Positions 45,751-60,300 of a stretch of DNA of 64,000 nucleotides are shown here, piece by piece (the first letter of the stretch is position 1; every line of letters begins with the position of its first letter). The notes beneath the pieces were generated by a model, which saw only the letters and a program-made list of their open reading frames with translations, did no database searches and was not told the origin of the DNA. The DNA is from Azolla caroliniana. Lineage: Eukaryota; Plantae; Polypodiophyta. Position numbers and translations under genes: made by a program. The DNA lies in contig JBHGNT010000005.1 in NCBI GenBank assembly GCA_043228905.1, positions 1,984,001 to 2,048,000 of the forward strand. Reading direction: 5' to 3'.

Positions 45751-48700
45751 GAAATAAAGCGACTTACAACCATGGTATTGTCAAGACATCACTAGAATCC
45801 TATAAAACCATAAATATGCAACTTAGTTCATTTTCTAGGGTACTATATTGAGCTTTGTACCCCTAGTATGTGCATGAGCCTGTGTAAGAGAGAGTGAGAT
45901 TGAACAAATAAATACATTTTCCAAATAAAAGAGAAGTTTAAAAAATACAACCTATTTGCATTGAAAACAAAGGCCAATTAGAAAAGATTTGGATCAAAAG
46001 GAGTATTGTCAAATTCAATACCGATTGAAAAAGTTGTAAATTAAAGAGCCCATGACAAATTGTTGGAGAGCACGTTTAAATCTTTCTAGCCAATGAAGTT
46101 GCTTTTTGAGATTTAAATATAAACCACCTAACATATGGCACTATTATCTTTGTCAATTACATATATGTTGGAAGTACCCGTGCACATTTTGAAAATATTA
46201 TTACGATAATATGATTACACACTTATTCCGGTGCTTATCCACATTATAAATCTGTTGCGCTAGGATATATAGTGCTTATTATGATTACTTGCATTTATCA
46301 ATAGTAGGTACTAGGAAATTATACTTTTTACATTACATGTAATTGGGGGGATAGTTTCAAATTTGGTTTTACCATGTTATCGTGTAACCTATGCAAATTA
46401 TCATGCTTTTTGTTCTAGTATATGTATGCGTTAAGAATTCATGCTTTCGAGTAAAATAAGGCATTAGGTGCTAACTCATATTTTAAACTACCACCTTTGT
46501 ACATCACGTAAGAGGCATTTTGACCTAAAATTATTGTTTGTAACCAAGTTTTTAATTTTTATTCTATATTCGTGACATCGCTAATTAATCGTAATCTTAA
46601 GGTTGCAAGTTCACGTCAAGAGCAAACACACTCAATGGATTTCATCGTTACTACTCAATAGCCTAGGTTGCATAGAAGTATTTATATTTCAAGTAAAAAG
46701 GTTTTCCAATTACATGGAAATTGAAATGTAGTTTGATAATTCAAATGTGTCCGGAATCATGATCATTTCCAACCCTTAACCCTTGAGTTTAAAAATGTGA
46801 AGTTATGAACCATTTTTAAGGAGGTAATTGTTACTATGCATTACCTAAAAGTATATGAATACTTGTTTCCATCCACTTAAGGCATGAAGTAGAGATTGTG
46901 ATTTGCGAGTATCATATTCTCTTGCAATTCTCTATTTTCAATCACATTTAAGTTGGATTTCCCCACTTCCTCATCCCCAAACCTATATTTACACTCATTT
47001 GTCTCGCTCACAATGTACAATCTCAACTACAACGTTCAATAGTAAAATATTTGAAGATCAATGGTCACTTATTGGCTCGACATATACTATAATCTACATT
47101 AATGTGTTTCTATTCAGTCTTGTAGGTCAAATTCGAGCTTGAATGATGATAATGAAGTTTATTGACTTTTAACCTGATCAAAGAACTTGTGAAATTTTGC
47201 ATTTATTAGAGGACTTCTTCAATCCGAGAATGACAAAAACCCAATCAAAGTTTTACAATTGGGGTTAGCTATTATCTTAAGAAACACAATAAGTATCCTC
47301 CACTTATTAATTCTTGCTATTTCTACGAGTAGTCATGGCATTTATGCACCGGATAATACAATTTTTTTGACAATATTGATGTTCGATCAATGTTTCATAG
47401 TTGGGGTTAGGTATTCTCTTAGGGTACAATATAAGGTTCCCTTGTGTCTAAATCATTTTGTGTATACAAGTAGTTAGGGTATTTCCAACAAGAGTGTAAA
47501 TAGTTTGCACCAACATAACATAAAAATTTGACAATCTTGATGTTAGAATTTGAATTGCAAACATGATAAAAAATACCCAAGATGAAGACAAACTTCCAAT
47601 GGGGCTGTCATATGCATGTTATGATACACAACACTAAAAGCTTAAAAAATGATTATAAGGGGCTAGTTTTGATATGATACATGAACCATAATTGTATTTT
47701 AGGTAAATGTAGATTGAGATAATCTAGGTGCATAAAGAAGCTAGAGATGTATGAGAGGACATAAGGATAATGTATGTATGAACCTTGTGAGTTCATGGAT
47801 TGAGTGGGATAAAAGAATACCCATCGTAAGCCCGATAAGTTATACTATGTATATCTCTATCTCCTCCCCACTAAGACACGTCACAATAAAGATCAATGTA
47901 CCAAGCTCGACAATTCCATTGAATTCACCCCTTCTTCTTAAAACAAAGAAGCATATATTTGGCTCTTCAGAAAGTTACGATGACATAAAGCCACGTGTGT
48001 TGAACTATTGAGGGTAGAGGGCTACATCTTTGAATGAAAACCAAAAAATGGTTTGCCTATTTTTCAAGAAACATTTATTTTTTCCTTTTTTTAATTCCTA
48101 GATATTTATTGAAAAAAGTTGTTGTGACATTTCTAACCAAGGTAGCCTTTCATTTACCTTCTATGCGAGGACATATATGGAAGTTGGAATTGGCGAAACA
48201 ACGCTATTTGGAAATCTAGTGTTACCCCCATCAACTTTCCATTTCCACTTGAATGCCTATTTGGGTCTAGAAATATGTTTACAAGGTAGTTTATACCAAC
48301 AAAGCATGCTTAATTGAAAACACGCCATGTACAATGTGTTGGATTGTGTGCACATGCATATGCATAATATTTAGAATGTATGTGTTCATTGACATGACCA
48401 TGCACATCCCTTTATTTAAGTGGTACACACATGATAAAAGTCTAAAATTTCTGTTTGTTGTAATCTAAATATAGTAGAGTAAAACGCGTGATTTCATTGA
48501 AAAATCTATTCGGGTTTTAACTAATGGTTGATGTTTCTTAGAATTGCACATTATTGAGTTCTAATATCATATAAGCTACAATCGAATATTTGTTGATTGT
48601 TGCGTATGAGTCTTCAACTGAATTAATTAAAAGGGATGGACGAGGACATGCTTCCAATATAAGCATCATTCTCATACACCTTTTCAACACACACTTTTTT

Positions 48701-48824
48701 TATAGTCAGTCGTGCACCCGAATCTTTGGCCTATCGAGGTATGCATGGATATTAGACATGGAAACAAATTATATTGAATATCAATCCTATGTACTGCGTG
48801 TGGAGAGACAATGAATATATTTTA

Positions 48825-49305
48825 ACGTTCCTAGGGGTTGAAAAACATGACCATGCAATAAAAAAGCAAATGTAAAAGGCATTCTACCCACTTAAAAGAT
48901 AAGTATGTGCGCATAACACATATAATAAAAGGAAAGTTTTGATCCTAGTAACATCCTTGAGAGTCCAAAAACATGATCCATACAATAGAAAAATGGATGT
49001 GAAAAGTGGTTTACCCACATATAACATGAGGATGGGTGTGTAGAACATGTAGCAAAGGAAAATATTGATCCTAGGGAGGGTTTACATACGAACGCCTATG
49101 GTTTGGTTAGTAATCATGAATAGTGACTTGACATATGAGACTAGAGAGACTTTGGACCAACAACTATGGATTGGTTAGTCATTGTGAACAATGACTCGAC
49201 ATACATATTGAGACCCCAAATGGACACATATGGCCGGGTTATGAGATCCTGAACCAACACCTATGGCCTAGTCAATGTCGATACTGACTCGACATATGAG
49301 ACCTT
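48825..49305. repeat. Adjacent diverged tandem repeats (~125 bp x2, then ~70-90 bp x3)
   Basis: AAAAACATGA.CCAT.CAATA...TACCCAC...AAAGGAAA...TTGATCCTAG occurs twice. CTATGG...TAGT...TGACT.GACATA..GAGAC occurs three times. Confidence 0.7.
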
Positions 49306-52300
49306 GGGGCCAAATCTTGTTTGTTCCCCAAGTTTGGAATGACCTCTCTTTCTCGCCATTTGAGAGACAAGTTTCCTCTTATAGATCTTCCCGGCCCACA
49401 AGAGTGGATTGAGAGGTTTTCCACGAAGATCGAGCCCTACTTGGGTTTGGGTTGGAGATTTAAGAGTAGATATGTAGATAGATACACTCTCAAGAGAGGT
49501 TAAGTTGTGGTGCACCCTAACAAATGGACCAAGGCGAAGAGGAAGTATCCTGTCCTCTCCTCTTGCTTAGCCTATGGAAGAGATGTTAGAGAGGGAATGC
49601 TTCTTCACCCTCGTCATCATTGAAGAGTGTCTCGAGTCATCCAAACAGTTTTCCGAACCCGAATGCAAGCTCAGAGATGTCCTTAGGTGGTGGGCAATCC
49701 TCGTCTCATGGACAACTCGATTGACAAGTAAGGAGGGCCCATTACAACCCAACAAAATTCTCGGCTGGTAACCAATGCTTGCATGCATGAAAGGGGATTT
49801 TTGGGGTGAGAATGAGGAGGCTCTCGGACATGCATGGTGGTTGTGGTTGTGGTGGCAAGAACTTAGTTAGAGTCTCCATGATGCTTACCTACCATGTATG
49901 GGGCAATTTGTTGTTGCCATGCCCTACAAGCAAGATCCCAAAGATGTAAGACCATGTGCTTATGAGGCAAGCACATGTCAACCAGAAAAAGAAGCTGTCA
50001 AGGCATTTAATTAGGTATGAAAAATCCTTGACACTAACCAAATGTCAAGGCGCTAGTGGACCACCAATTGTGTTTGTTTGTTCTATGTGAGGACCCTTTT
50101 AAGGAGTGTTTGTTCTATGTGTGGATCGTGGATTGGGTGGGTGTGAGTAGGATCATAATGACTTGGGGTGATGCACCTGGGTTTCAAGCCAAATATGTCC
50201 ACGGTGAGGAAGGGAATATTTGTAGTGATACAAGCACGAAAAGACTTAAGGAAAAAGTGAGGAGCATGCATTGGATATGGAAGGTGTGTTGGGTTCACAC
50301 AAGGCCTAAACGGATGTTCACAACGTAGGAAAATAAATAAAGGAGTGTCCATAGAAAATGTCTTGCAAGAATTTTAGTTGTGAAGCCTACATGTATATCC
50401 AAGAAAATGTAGTGATCATTATGAGGACACCTAGTGTTCCAAACCAAGTTTTGGTGAACCTATATTGTAGAAACTAAACTTTGATAGATGTCTTGGTAAG
50501 TTAGTGTAAGGTATTGAGGTCCATCCAACACGTGATAGGGAATAATTTTACAAAACAAAGGCTCTAGTAACAAGAGATCAAATAAAGAGATATGAAGTCT
50601 TGGTCACATCACAAAGTAAGCTTGAAGTTCCTTGGTAAATGAATATTAGTCACAACAAATTAACTTTTGTGATAACTATGTATATAATATTCTTTTAACA
50701 TATACGATATTTGTTAACTTTTAGTCAAGAGTATTAGAATGTAATTTATCAACAACAATAAATACTTCGAGCTATAAAATTAGAACCACACTCTATATAA
50801 CTCATTTTCACGAGTTGTTGGTTGAAAAACATCACAAAATGTAGCATGTGTATGGATAGATATGTAAGTTCAACATGTACACGTTGTCAAGGAGTCAGAA
50901 TAGTGGACCCTAGTATTATTCAATATTCAATTACATGTCCTCAAGGAGTCAGAACTATGGACCCCAATATTATTGAATTCAATTTCCACCCTAGAATGAT
51001 TCAAAGTTCAAATTTCACAATGACTCCAAATGCAATACACAAATGGAAAACCTTGTTAGACTCAATACCCTTTTTCTATGTCAAATCCCTCAATTCTCAA
51101 ACATGGAAATCAAACTTGATTCTTCACTAACAAAGTTATGGCAACGTGCACAATTATGTTCATGTGTTAAATGTGAAGTTTTAGGATGAGTATGGACTTG
51201 CAATTTCTATGCATTCTCAATTAGATTATGTATATGATGTGAAAAATACATGTATTTGACAAAAACATGTTTTCAAATTGAAACCAATGACCCCTTTTTA
51301 ATCCCATGACTCTTCATAGCATCATTAGCTCTCAATTAGAGTCGTGTATATGCCATAACGTATGTGGTCTATTGATAAATCATTACGAATAACATCCAAG
51401 GCTTTACATAAAGACATTAAATTTTAAATTTGTCATATGATATTGAGGGAAATTTAGGTTGCAAAAATTGATAAATGAGTAATTCTATGCACATTGCCAT
51501 GCCCTTCAGTTGCAACTTAAAATGACGAGTAAATTATCATTGTGAAGATGTTCTACTGTGTGTATTGAATAGATTAAAAATTATCATCCTCTTCATGATA
51601 TCATACTAATACGAAATTCAACTACGATATAGTCCAAGGGGAACTTGTGGAGTGCAACCAACAATTAAGCTAAGTTTTGGTCAAAAACAAAATTGTGTTT
51701 ATGTGGACATGTTTGCATGAAGGATGGATTTATACTCGCCACCATTGTGAAGTTATTGCAATCCTGTTAATTTACTTACAAGAAGTTCGTGGCATATCCA
51801 ATGGGACCTTGGTCCTTGATTTGAGTTTCCCCAAAGGGGCCAACACAACTCATACCTTGAGGCTTGGAGTGTTTCCCTTCCAACGTCATTAATAATTATT
51901 GAGCCCTAAGGGATTGTCTTCCTTGCAATGGGCTAACAAAATGGATATGGGAGTGTCACCAATTAAGAAATATGTTTGTCTTTGATTAAGTAGATGTTTT
52001 TTTAGATAATAAACAAATAAAATGTCCCAAGTAAATAGATCATTACTATGCATTCATACATTTTAATCTTTATTGGTTAGTGTGGAAAAGTGTCATAGAG
52101 GATAGTGGTTATTTGTGAATACCAAGGGGAGAGAATGAGAACCAATAGATGGCCTAAAGGCCCTTCTTCCATGAGAGCTTTTGCCCTTTTTTATACAAGT
52201 TGGAAACCCTAAAGGGTTCTTTTCATATTACAAGCCCGTTGATCATTAACCATTGCCACATAGTAAAGGGTAGTTCTATGCAAATTACAATACGTCTATG

Positions 52301-52770
52301 TTTCTTCTGGATTAGAAATATTAAGTTTAATAAGGTTGTTAACACCAATGACTATGGCATTATTGATCCTTTCATTTGCCCTTGTACCTTTATGTGCCTT
52401 TAGAACCATGATCCAATGATCAAAATATTGTAAAATGGTATGCAATTATTGATATTTGCTTCAAAAGGTTTGGTTTAACATTAACATCTTAGAGATATGG
52501 GCTTTGAGTTTGGATGGGCATATGTTCAGTAAAGAGAAAAGGTATGTGGTTGACCATGTGGATAAGGAAGATGAAACTATTTTCCTATAAAAAAAATCAC
52601 ATTATTTCTTTACTAAGACAAGAGTGTTATTTATAAACTAGATGAAAAAGTTATTCACCTCCAAACTATAGATACAAGTCTGCTAAAAATTATAAGGCAA
52701 AGGATGTTTGTGGACCATAGGTCTTGACGCAATCCTTTATGCTCTCATTTTCAATAAGAAGATTTTATTT

Positions 52771-53708
52771 TCGATACAGGAGGGCATTAGTGAAATGAGA
52801 CTAGATAAATTCTGGAAAATGATATGGCATGACAGATATGACGGCAAGATAATGATGTGCTTATGGCTTATTGCACATAGAGCCTTGCCGGTAGGGACGT
52901 GGGGTAAAGGCCCCAATGTAGACCCTAGATGTATTGCATGTGGATAGATAGAAAGCATTTCCCATTGTCTATGGGAATGTCGCGAGGCAGTGGTTGTATG
53001 GGGAAGGGCACTACGTTTGCTTTGCCATGCCTCTAGTTCGTTCACCCTCAACTGGGGACATGCTTGCTGGATTTGTCTTGAGGATGATGTGGCGAAATAT
53101 GATAGCACATGCGATGCTCAGTACAGAGGGGAGAATGGCATTGTTTGGCTTATCACTAACAATAGGGTACCTACAGCTTGTGCACAGAATCAAAATCTTG
53201 GAGATCTTTGGATGTTGCTTGCCCCCACTACTATATGGTGTATATGGACAACAAGGTGTACCAGGGTATTTTCAGCACACAAACGCCCTCCAGCTGAATC
53301 GATTAGGCTAATCCGGCACACATTAATAACTACACTAAGAGCTCAATATGAGTAGATTGATGGTATTGATGATGCTGTAGAACTAATGGGGCTGAATTTT
53401 TGAAAGTGATGGTGTACTATACCGATGGACGCAACAAATGGAATGGATATACTATGGAAGTATGAAGTACCCAGATGGTTGTTCCCCCCTCCCATTAGTT
53501 GGACGAGGGGCGTGAAAGACATGGCATGTGGGATGGTGAATGTCGGTGAAGTGTATGAAAGGATGGCTAGAGACATATGTGAAAGTGTAAGATAAATAAG
53601 CAAGATCTCTTATGTAGGATAGGATAATCTTGGCACGGCCTACCCGAGAAAGGGACTGAGTGTCTGTATATTTTAACTAATGGAGTATATTCTTTTTTGG
53701 AAAAAAGA
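52771..53708 (+). mobile_element. 5'-truncated LINE (zf-RVT, C-terminus, 3' UTR, poly-A) with ~15-bp TSD
   Basis: FWKMIW...LWLIAHRALPVGTW...CIACG*IESISHCLWEC, then WCIWTTRC and WKYEVPRWLFPPP. TSD AAGAAGATTTTATTT (52756-52770) / AAGAAGAATTTATTT (53709-53723), one mismatch. Confidence 0.88.
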
Positions 53709-53892
53709 AGAAGAATTTATTTATTTATTGTGATGTATCTTGTGTTAATGGTAAATTCTAATTAAAGTTGTTTTTAGGAGAACTTTGAAATACCCATGTT
53801 TACTTATTTTCTTTGAATGCCCTTAACTTTTCATTATCTCTAGAAAACACCATTAGTTATACGCTAGACCAAGTGGAGCTTGATTCTCAACA

Positions 53893-54107
53893 CCTTCTAA
53901 TGTAGCTATAATGCTACCACTTGCTTTCCGGCAGCAAACAAGTGTGACAGTATTTGGGGGGATGCCTAGTCTTTGTGTTTGCTCAAAGAGGGAGAGATAT
54001 CCATGTTCCACATATCCTGCAATCAATATATTCCATGAAATTGCACCTTTCACAGGAAGATCATAAAAAAATTCCTGTGTTGAGAGAAAACCACATTTGG
54101 CATACAT
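53893..54107 (-). pseudogene. 5' half of a disrupted PLS-PPR pseudogene, now inverted
   Basis: MYAKCGFLSTQEFFYDLPVKGAISWNILIAGYVEHG...PNTVTLVCCRKASGSIIATLEG ends at GAAGG. It is followed by an LTR start TGTTGAGAATCAAGCTC (53892 down to ~53856). Confidence 0.85.
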
Positions 54108-54108
54108 G

Positions 54109-55942
54109 TGTCATAGAATATGATTCTATGACTCATACTAAATGCTAGAATACAAAGTGGTGACATAATGGTGACTCTTGACCGTTGGAGTGTCTCTTCA
54201 CTCTCAAGGTGAGTTCACACACTAGACCAAGTTGAGCTTGATTCTCAACATGCCCCCTCAAGCTCAAGTTGGGTTGATTTCAGACGGTATCCGAAATCCG
54301 CTTCAACTCGCGTTTCGGAGTCCGCGTCGACTCGCGTCGGCTCGCTTTATGCGGAGTTGCGGAATCCGTGCTCCTGCTTGCATTGTGCGTAGTTACAAAG
54401 TCTGTGCTTCGGCTTGCGTGCGTAGTTGCGAAGTCTATGCTTCGGCTTGCGTCTTTCTTCGCGGCTTTGCGCGGTAGATTGGCTCTTCGCTGCTTCGTTG
54501 CGTAGTGCGCGGTTGCGGAATCTACGCGTTATTGCGTAGTGTCTTCAGAACTCCCCCTCAAGCTTGGCAGGTTAGGGATCATCAATCTGAGATCGGTCAT
54601 GAATTGCCATAGCTTGTCGCTTCCTAAGGCTTTAGTGAAGATGTCGACTGTTTGAAGATTGGTGCTAATGTGTTGTAAGTCGACATCGCCAGCTAGAACG
54701 CGCTCTCGGATGAAGTGATAGTGCACTTCGATGTGCTTTGTTTGCTCGTGGAACACCGGGTTCCGAGCCAGATAGATACTGCTCATGTTGTCGCAGTAAA
54801 GGGAAGTCGGATCCTTGATGGGTACGCCGAGATCCTTCAAAATCCTCTTGAGCCATACGACTTCACACGCACCTACGACTGCGCCCCTGTATTCCGCCTC
54901 CGTACTCGAAAGAGCGACGGTAGGCCGCTTCTTGCTACTCCAGGATATTGCTCCGCTGCCGAGGGAGAAAACAAATCCGGAGGTTGATCTTCTATCAGCT
55001 GGCCCAATCGGCGTTTGTGTACCCCTCGAGTCGTATTGGCATCCCGGTCTTGTAGAGGATGTCGCAATCCATTGTGCCGCTCACGTAGCGTAGAACTCGC
55101 TTAGCGCAATCCAAGTGAGTATCACACGGTGTTTGCATGAATTGGCTAAGGAGACCGACTGGATAACTGAGATCGGGTCGTGTGATGGTGAGGTAGATGA
55201 GACTCCCGATGAGTTGCCGATACTGAGTCGGCTCACACACTTTGGTGCCGGAGTTCGCATCGAGTTTGAGATTGCGATCGAGCGGGGTTGCCGCGGGTTT
55301 GCACTCAGCCATCCCGAACTTGTATAACAAGTTGAGGATGTAGTGTCGTTGAGAGATCATGATTCCGGCCGGAGTCCGAATTACCTCGATGCCGAGGAAG
55401 TAGTGGAGCTCCTTCATGTCCGTCATCTCGAACTTATCGGAAAGGAGGGATTTGACCTTATTGATTTCGACGAGATGCTCGCCTCCAATGACTAGGTCAT
55501 CCACATATAAGATGATGACGATCGGACTTGCAGAATCGCTTCATATGTAGAGGGAGTTGTCCAATTTTGACATGCGGAAGCTGATTTGATGAAGATATTG
55601 CGTTATCTTCGAATGCCAAGCACGCGATGCTTGCTTGAGGCCGTAAAGTCGCTTCTTGAGTTGGCAAATAACTTTCGGATGGGTGCTTGAGTTGAAGCCG
55701 GGTGGTTGGATCATGTACACCTCCTCTTCTAATTCGCCTTGTAGAAATGCGTTCTTGATGTCCATTTGATGGAGGTGCCACCCTTTCGCTGCGGCAATCG
55801 CAATTACGGTCTGCACCGTTGTCATCTTTGCCACCAGGGCAAAGGTCTCTTCGTAGTCGACGCCATGCGTCTGAGCGTATCCATTCGCTACGAGTCGAGC
55901 TTTGTAGCGGTTTACGGAGCCATCAACGTTATACTTCACCTT
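54109..55942 (-). mobile_element. Ty1/copia 3' fragment: RT, RNase H, PPT and truncated 3' LTR
   Basis: [83 protein letters not shown] precedes the LTR start at 54250. Frameshifts and stops are present. Confidence 0.93.
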
Positions 55943-55984
55943 CTAGTTGAGCTTTCGCAAGTTGAGCCATCGGCGTTATACTTC

Positions 55985-56581
<597 letters not shown>

Positions 56582-56805
56582 GAAGGCAATGAAATTCACA
56601 AGGAAATTGTACAAAAAGCTATTGAAAGAGATTATTTCATTGGCAATACATTAGTAGATATGTATGCTAAATGTGGGTCACTTGTTGAGGCAAAAGTAGT
56701 ATTTAACAAGCTTTTAGTCCAAGAACACGTCTCTTGGCATGCACTGATTGCAGGATATGCTGAGAATGGGAAATTTGAGGAAGTGTTCAATCAAATCTAT
56801 CAAAC
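56582..56805 (+). pseudogene. 3' continuation of the disrupted PPR pseudogene
   Basis: EGNEIHKEIVQKAIERDYFIGNTLVDMYAKCGSLVEAKVVFNKLLVQEHVSWHALIAGYAENG continues the L motif broken at 53893. Confidence 0.88.
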
Positions 56806-56814
56806 AAAGGATTT

Positions 56815-57369
56815 ATGGCAGACATCCACTCAATCAATTGTCCATTTGTAACATTCATTCCTAATGGATCACCCAAGTGTCGAAAAATAGAGCCTTTATT
56901 CACCACATATCCTTGTCATATGAAACATTCCAAATACCTTTGAGTACATGATATGCGACTAGAATTCCTCCAATTAATATGTAATCTGGAAGCCAATGGA
57001 AATTGGTTCCATGCAAGCATCCCCTTCTCAAGATTCTCTCGTGAGGCTTGTAGAAACATGTAAGAATCACCAGCCAAAGCTTGTGCTACTATTTGCCTTC
57101 TAGACGGAAGGTGTACACCCACAATGTCACCATTTGTTGCAACCCTTGATAGCATCACTAAAAAGGGATGGGTAACAATAGCAAACAACAATGGGCTAAG
57201 TGGGCGTCCTTGACGAACGGATCTTGTGGGGGCAATATTTGATGTAACTCCCCCATTTAGCATTACTTGAGACACCACATCTTGTCCTAATAAAAATATG
57301 AGGCGAGATATACTAGGTCCAAAGCCCATTGCATTAACATAGAAACAAAGGACTAGTTAACATGAGATT
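56815..57369 (-). mobile_element. LINE reverse transcriptase remnant, part downstream of the copia insertion
   Basis: MGFG...RSVRQGRPLSPLLFAI...AQALAGDS (degenerate ADD motif)...INW..S...FRHLG.PLG. Confidence 0.88.
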
Positions 57370-57374
57370 CATAA

Positions 57375-60300
57375 TGTTAGGAAACAGGTCCCTCTGGATG
57401 GGAAGTGACAAGAACAGAGATGATGAGCAAACTCGGCCGAGGCCGAAACTGGATGTGGAGTACCCGGCTACGAACGACCCGATGAGAACCGGATGATGAG
57501 TACCCGGCAAGAGCCGGATGGTGAAGACCCGGTGAGAACCGGATGTGGAGTACCCGGCAACGGAAGACCCGGTGAGAACCGGATGACGTGTGCCCGGCAA
57601 GCGCTAGATGATGCAGGCCTGGTGAGGAGTGCTCATCGGATGAAGGGACATATTTGTAAATATGTTTCCGAGAGTCCATCGGGCCTATATTTGTAAATAG
57701 CCGAAAAGTCATATTAGTATAAATATGACTTAGGGCAAACTTAGTATTGTTGTTGTCATTTTCTTGTTGGCGCAAGATTAGAGCACAACAGTGTACAAAG
57801 AGAGAGAGAGAGAGAGCGAAAGAGACGAAGAGTTTGTATCTCTGTTGTAACCGCCGCCTGTGGCGAAGACAGTGAACAAGAGGTCGTTGCCTCTGTGTTC
57901 ATCTATTGTATATTGTTACATAGTGATAGTTAGCAGTCAGTGGACTGCCGTGGTTTTTCCTGTGTTTGGGTTTTCCACGTAAACATCTTGTGTACTCTTC
58001 TCTCCATTGTGTCGTGCATTCATTCCCATTTTCTGTGTTTGATTCTAAGCTTGGTTGTGGCCGAGCGTTGTTCATTGGGATCGTGTAGTTTGTGACAAAG
58101 TGGTATCAGAGCGAAACGACGCAGAAAATGGACGAATCGTTGGTAGGCATGTTCAAGCTCACCGGCTCCAACTATTCGGTGTGGAAGTCGAAGATGAGGG
58201 ACATGCTCGTGGTTAAAGATCTTTGGTTGCCGGTTCAATTCGGGGACAAGAGACCAGACAAAATCGACGCCACGATATGGGAGGTGATGCACATGAAGAC
58301 AACGGCGTACATACGGTGCTTCATCGACATGAGTCTATACAACAACTTCAATGAAGAGAGCAAGGCTCATGAGCTCTGGGAGAAGATTGGCATTATGTTT
58401 CAAAACAAAAATGTTGTTAATCAGGTTTCGGTATTTCGGAAGCTAGTAAGACTCTGGTACCAAGATGGCTCCAACATGGCGGAGCACATGAATGCCTTCC
58501 AGGGGCTGATCCACCAAGCAACATCATTGAATGTACCTCTCGCCGATGAGGTACTAGTGCTGCTACTGCTCAGTTCCCTCCCAGATAGCTGGGAGACGTT
58601 GGTTGTCACTTTGGGCAACGCCGGGCCAGAAGGGAAACGGTTATCCCTAGCAAGAGTGAAGTCGAGCTTGCTAGATGAGGAGGCGTGTCGGAAAGATATG
58701 GATACGAGCTCCGACTCCAAAGCGCTCCTTACCGAATCGGAACGCGGAAGACAAAGGAACCGTAGCCCCCAAAACAGGGAAAAGTCAAGGACACAGTCAA
58801 AGTCAAGGGGGAGGCCTACTTGCTTCTATTGCGGCAAGCCGGGACACTTCTAGAAGAACTGTTGGCACTTCCGAAAAGACAAGGAAACCGACGGCACCGA
58901 TTCGAAGCGGACACTGGACCGGAACGGTAAAGACCGGAGGGGGCCGGACCGGAAGGGAACGATGGCAATCGCGGCAAGTGAAGAAGAGTTGATGCTCATC
59001 ACTGAGGAGAGTGAGCTAAACCTTGTCGGCGACGAGATGACCTGGGTGGTCAACTCCGGAGCGTCGTTCCACCTTACCCCGGACCGGAAATGCTTCTCAT
59101 CCTACTCAGCCGGTGATCACGGCTGTGTCTGGATGGGGAATGAAGGTACATGCCGAATTGTCAGCATAGGAGACATGTGGTTGACAACACCAACCGAATG
59201 CAAGCTGCTGCTGAAGGATGTCCGACACGTTCCGGAGGTTCGTTTGAACCTGATATCAACCAGTCGGCTAGATGATGAAGGCTACACGGGTAGCATCCGG
59301 AACGGTGTAATGAAGTTCAGCAAAGGGAGCCTGATTGTGGTTCGGGCCCGGAAGGTCAACACGTTGTACCTGATGAATGCCCGGTTATGCCCGGAGGAAG
59401 TGAATGTGGCATCTGACACTGCCGGTGAGCTGTGGCACAAAAGGTTGTGTCACATGAGCGAGAAGGGGATGAAGAGGCTTGCAGACGACAACCTCATTCT
59501 AGTGAAGAACGTGCACTTGGAGAAGTGCACTGATTGTCTCGCCGGTAAACAAAACCGGACCTCCTTCCGATTGAGGTCACCGATGAGATGCAATGCACCA
59601 TTGGAGTTGGTGCATACTGATGTATGTCAAGTGGACACGAAGTCACATGCCGGATCGCAGTACTTCGTGACGTTAATAGATGACCACAGCCGGAAGCTGT
59701 GGGCCACACCATTGAAGACGAAGGATCAGGTGTTATCCGTCTTCAAAGAGCTCCACGCGAGAGTGGAAAGAGAAACCGGTCGGAAGCTGAAGGCGGTTCG
59801 AGCAGATAACGGAGGTGAATACCGAGGGCAGTTCGAGGAGTATTGTTGCTCGAAGGGAATCCGACTCGAATTTACTGTGCCGAAGACGCCGGAACTAAAC
59901 GGGCTGGCGAGAGGATGAACCGGACCATAATGGAGAGGGTCCGGAGTATGCTGGCGCATGCAAAACTACCCAAGAAGTTTTGGGCTGAGGCACTGTCGAC
60001 GACGACATATGTGATAAACAGATCACCCTCAGTACCCTTGGACGGAGACACGCCACAGAGAGTCTGGACCGGTAAGGAAGTATCCTACCGGCATCTGAAG
60101 GTATTCGAGTGTCTTGCGTATGTGCATGTAGCTAAGGACCGGAGAGGAAAACTAGATCCGAAGACCCGACCATGCATATTCCTCGGTTACAGCGACGATG
60201 AGTTTGGCTACCGAGTGTGGGACCTAGTCGACAAGAAGGTATTCCGGAGTCGAGATATTATCTTCATGGAGGACAAGACGCTCGCCGACTGGGAGTCGGA

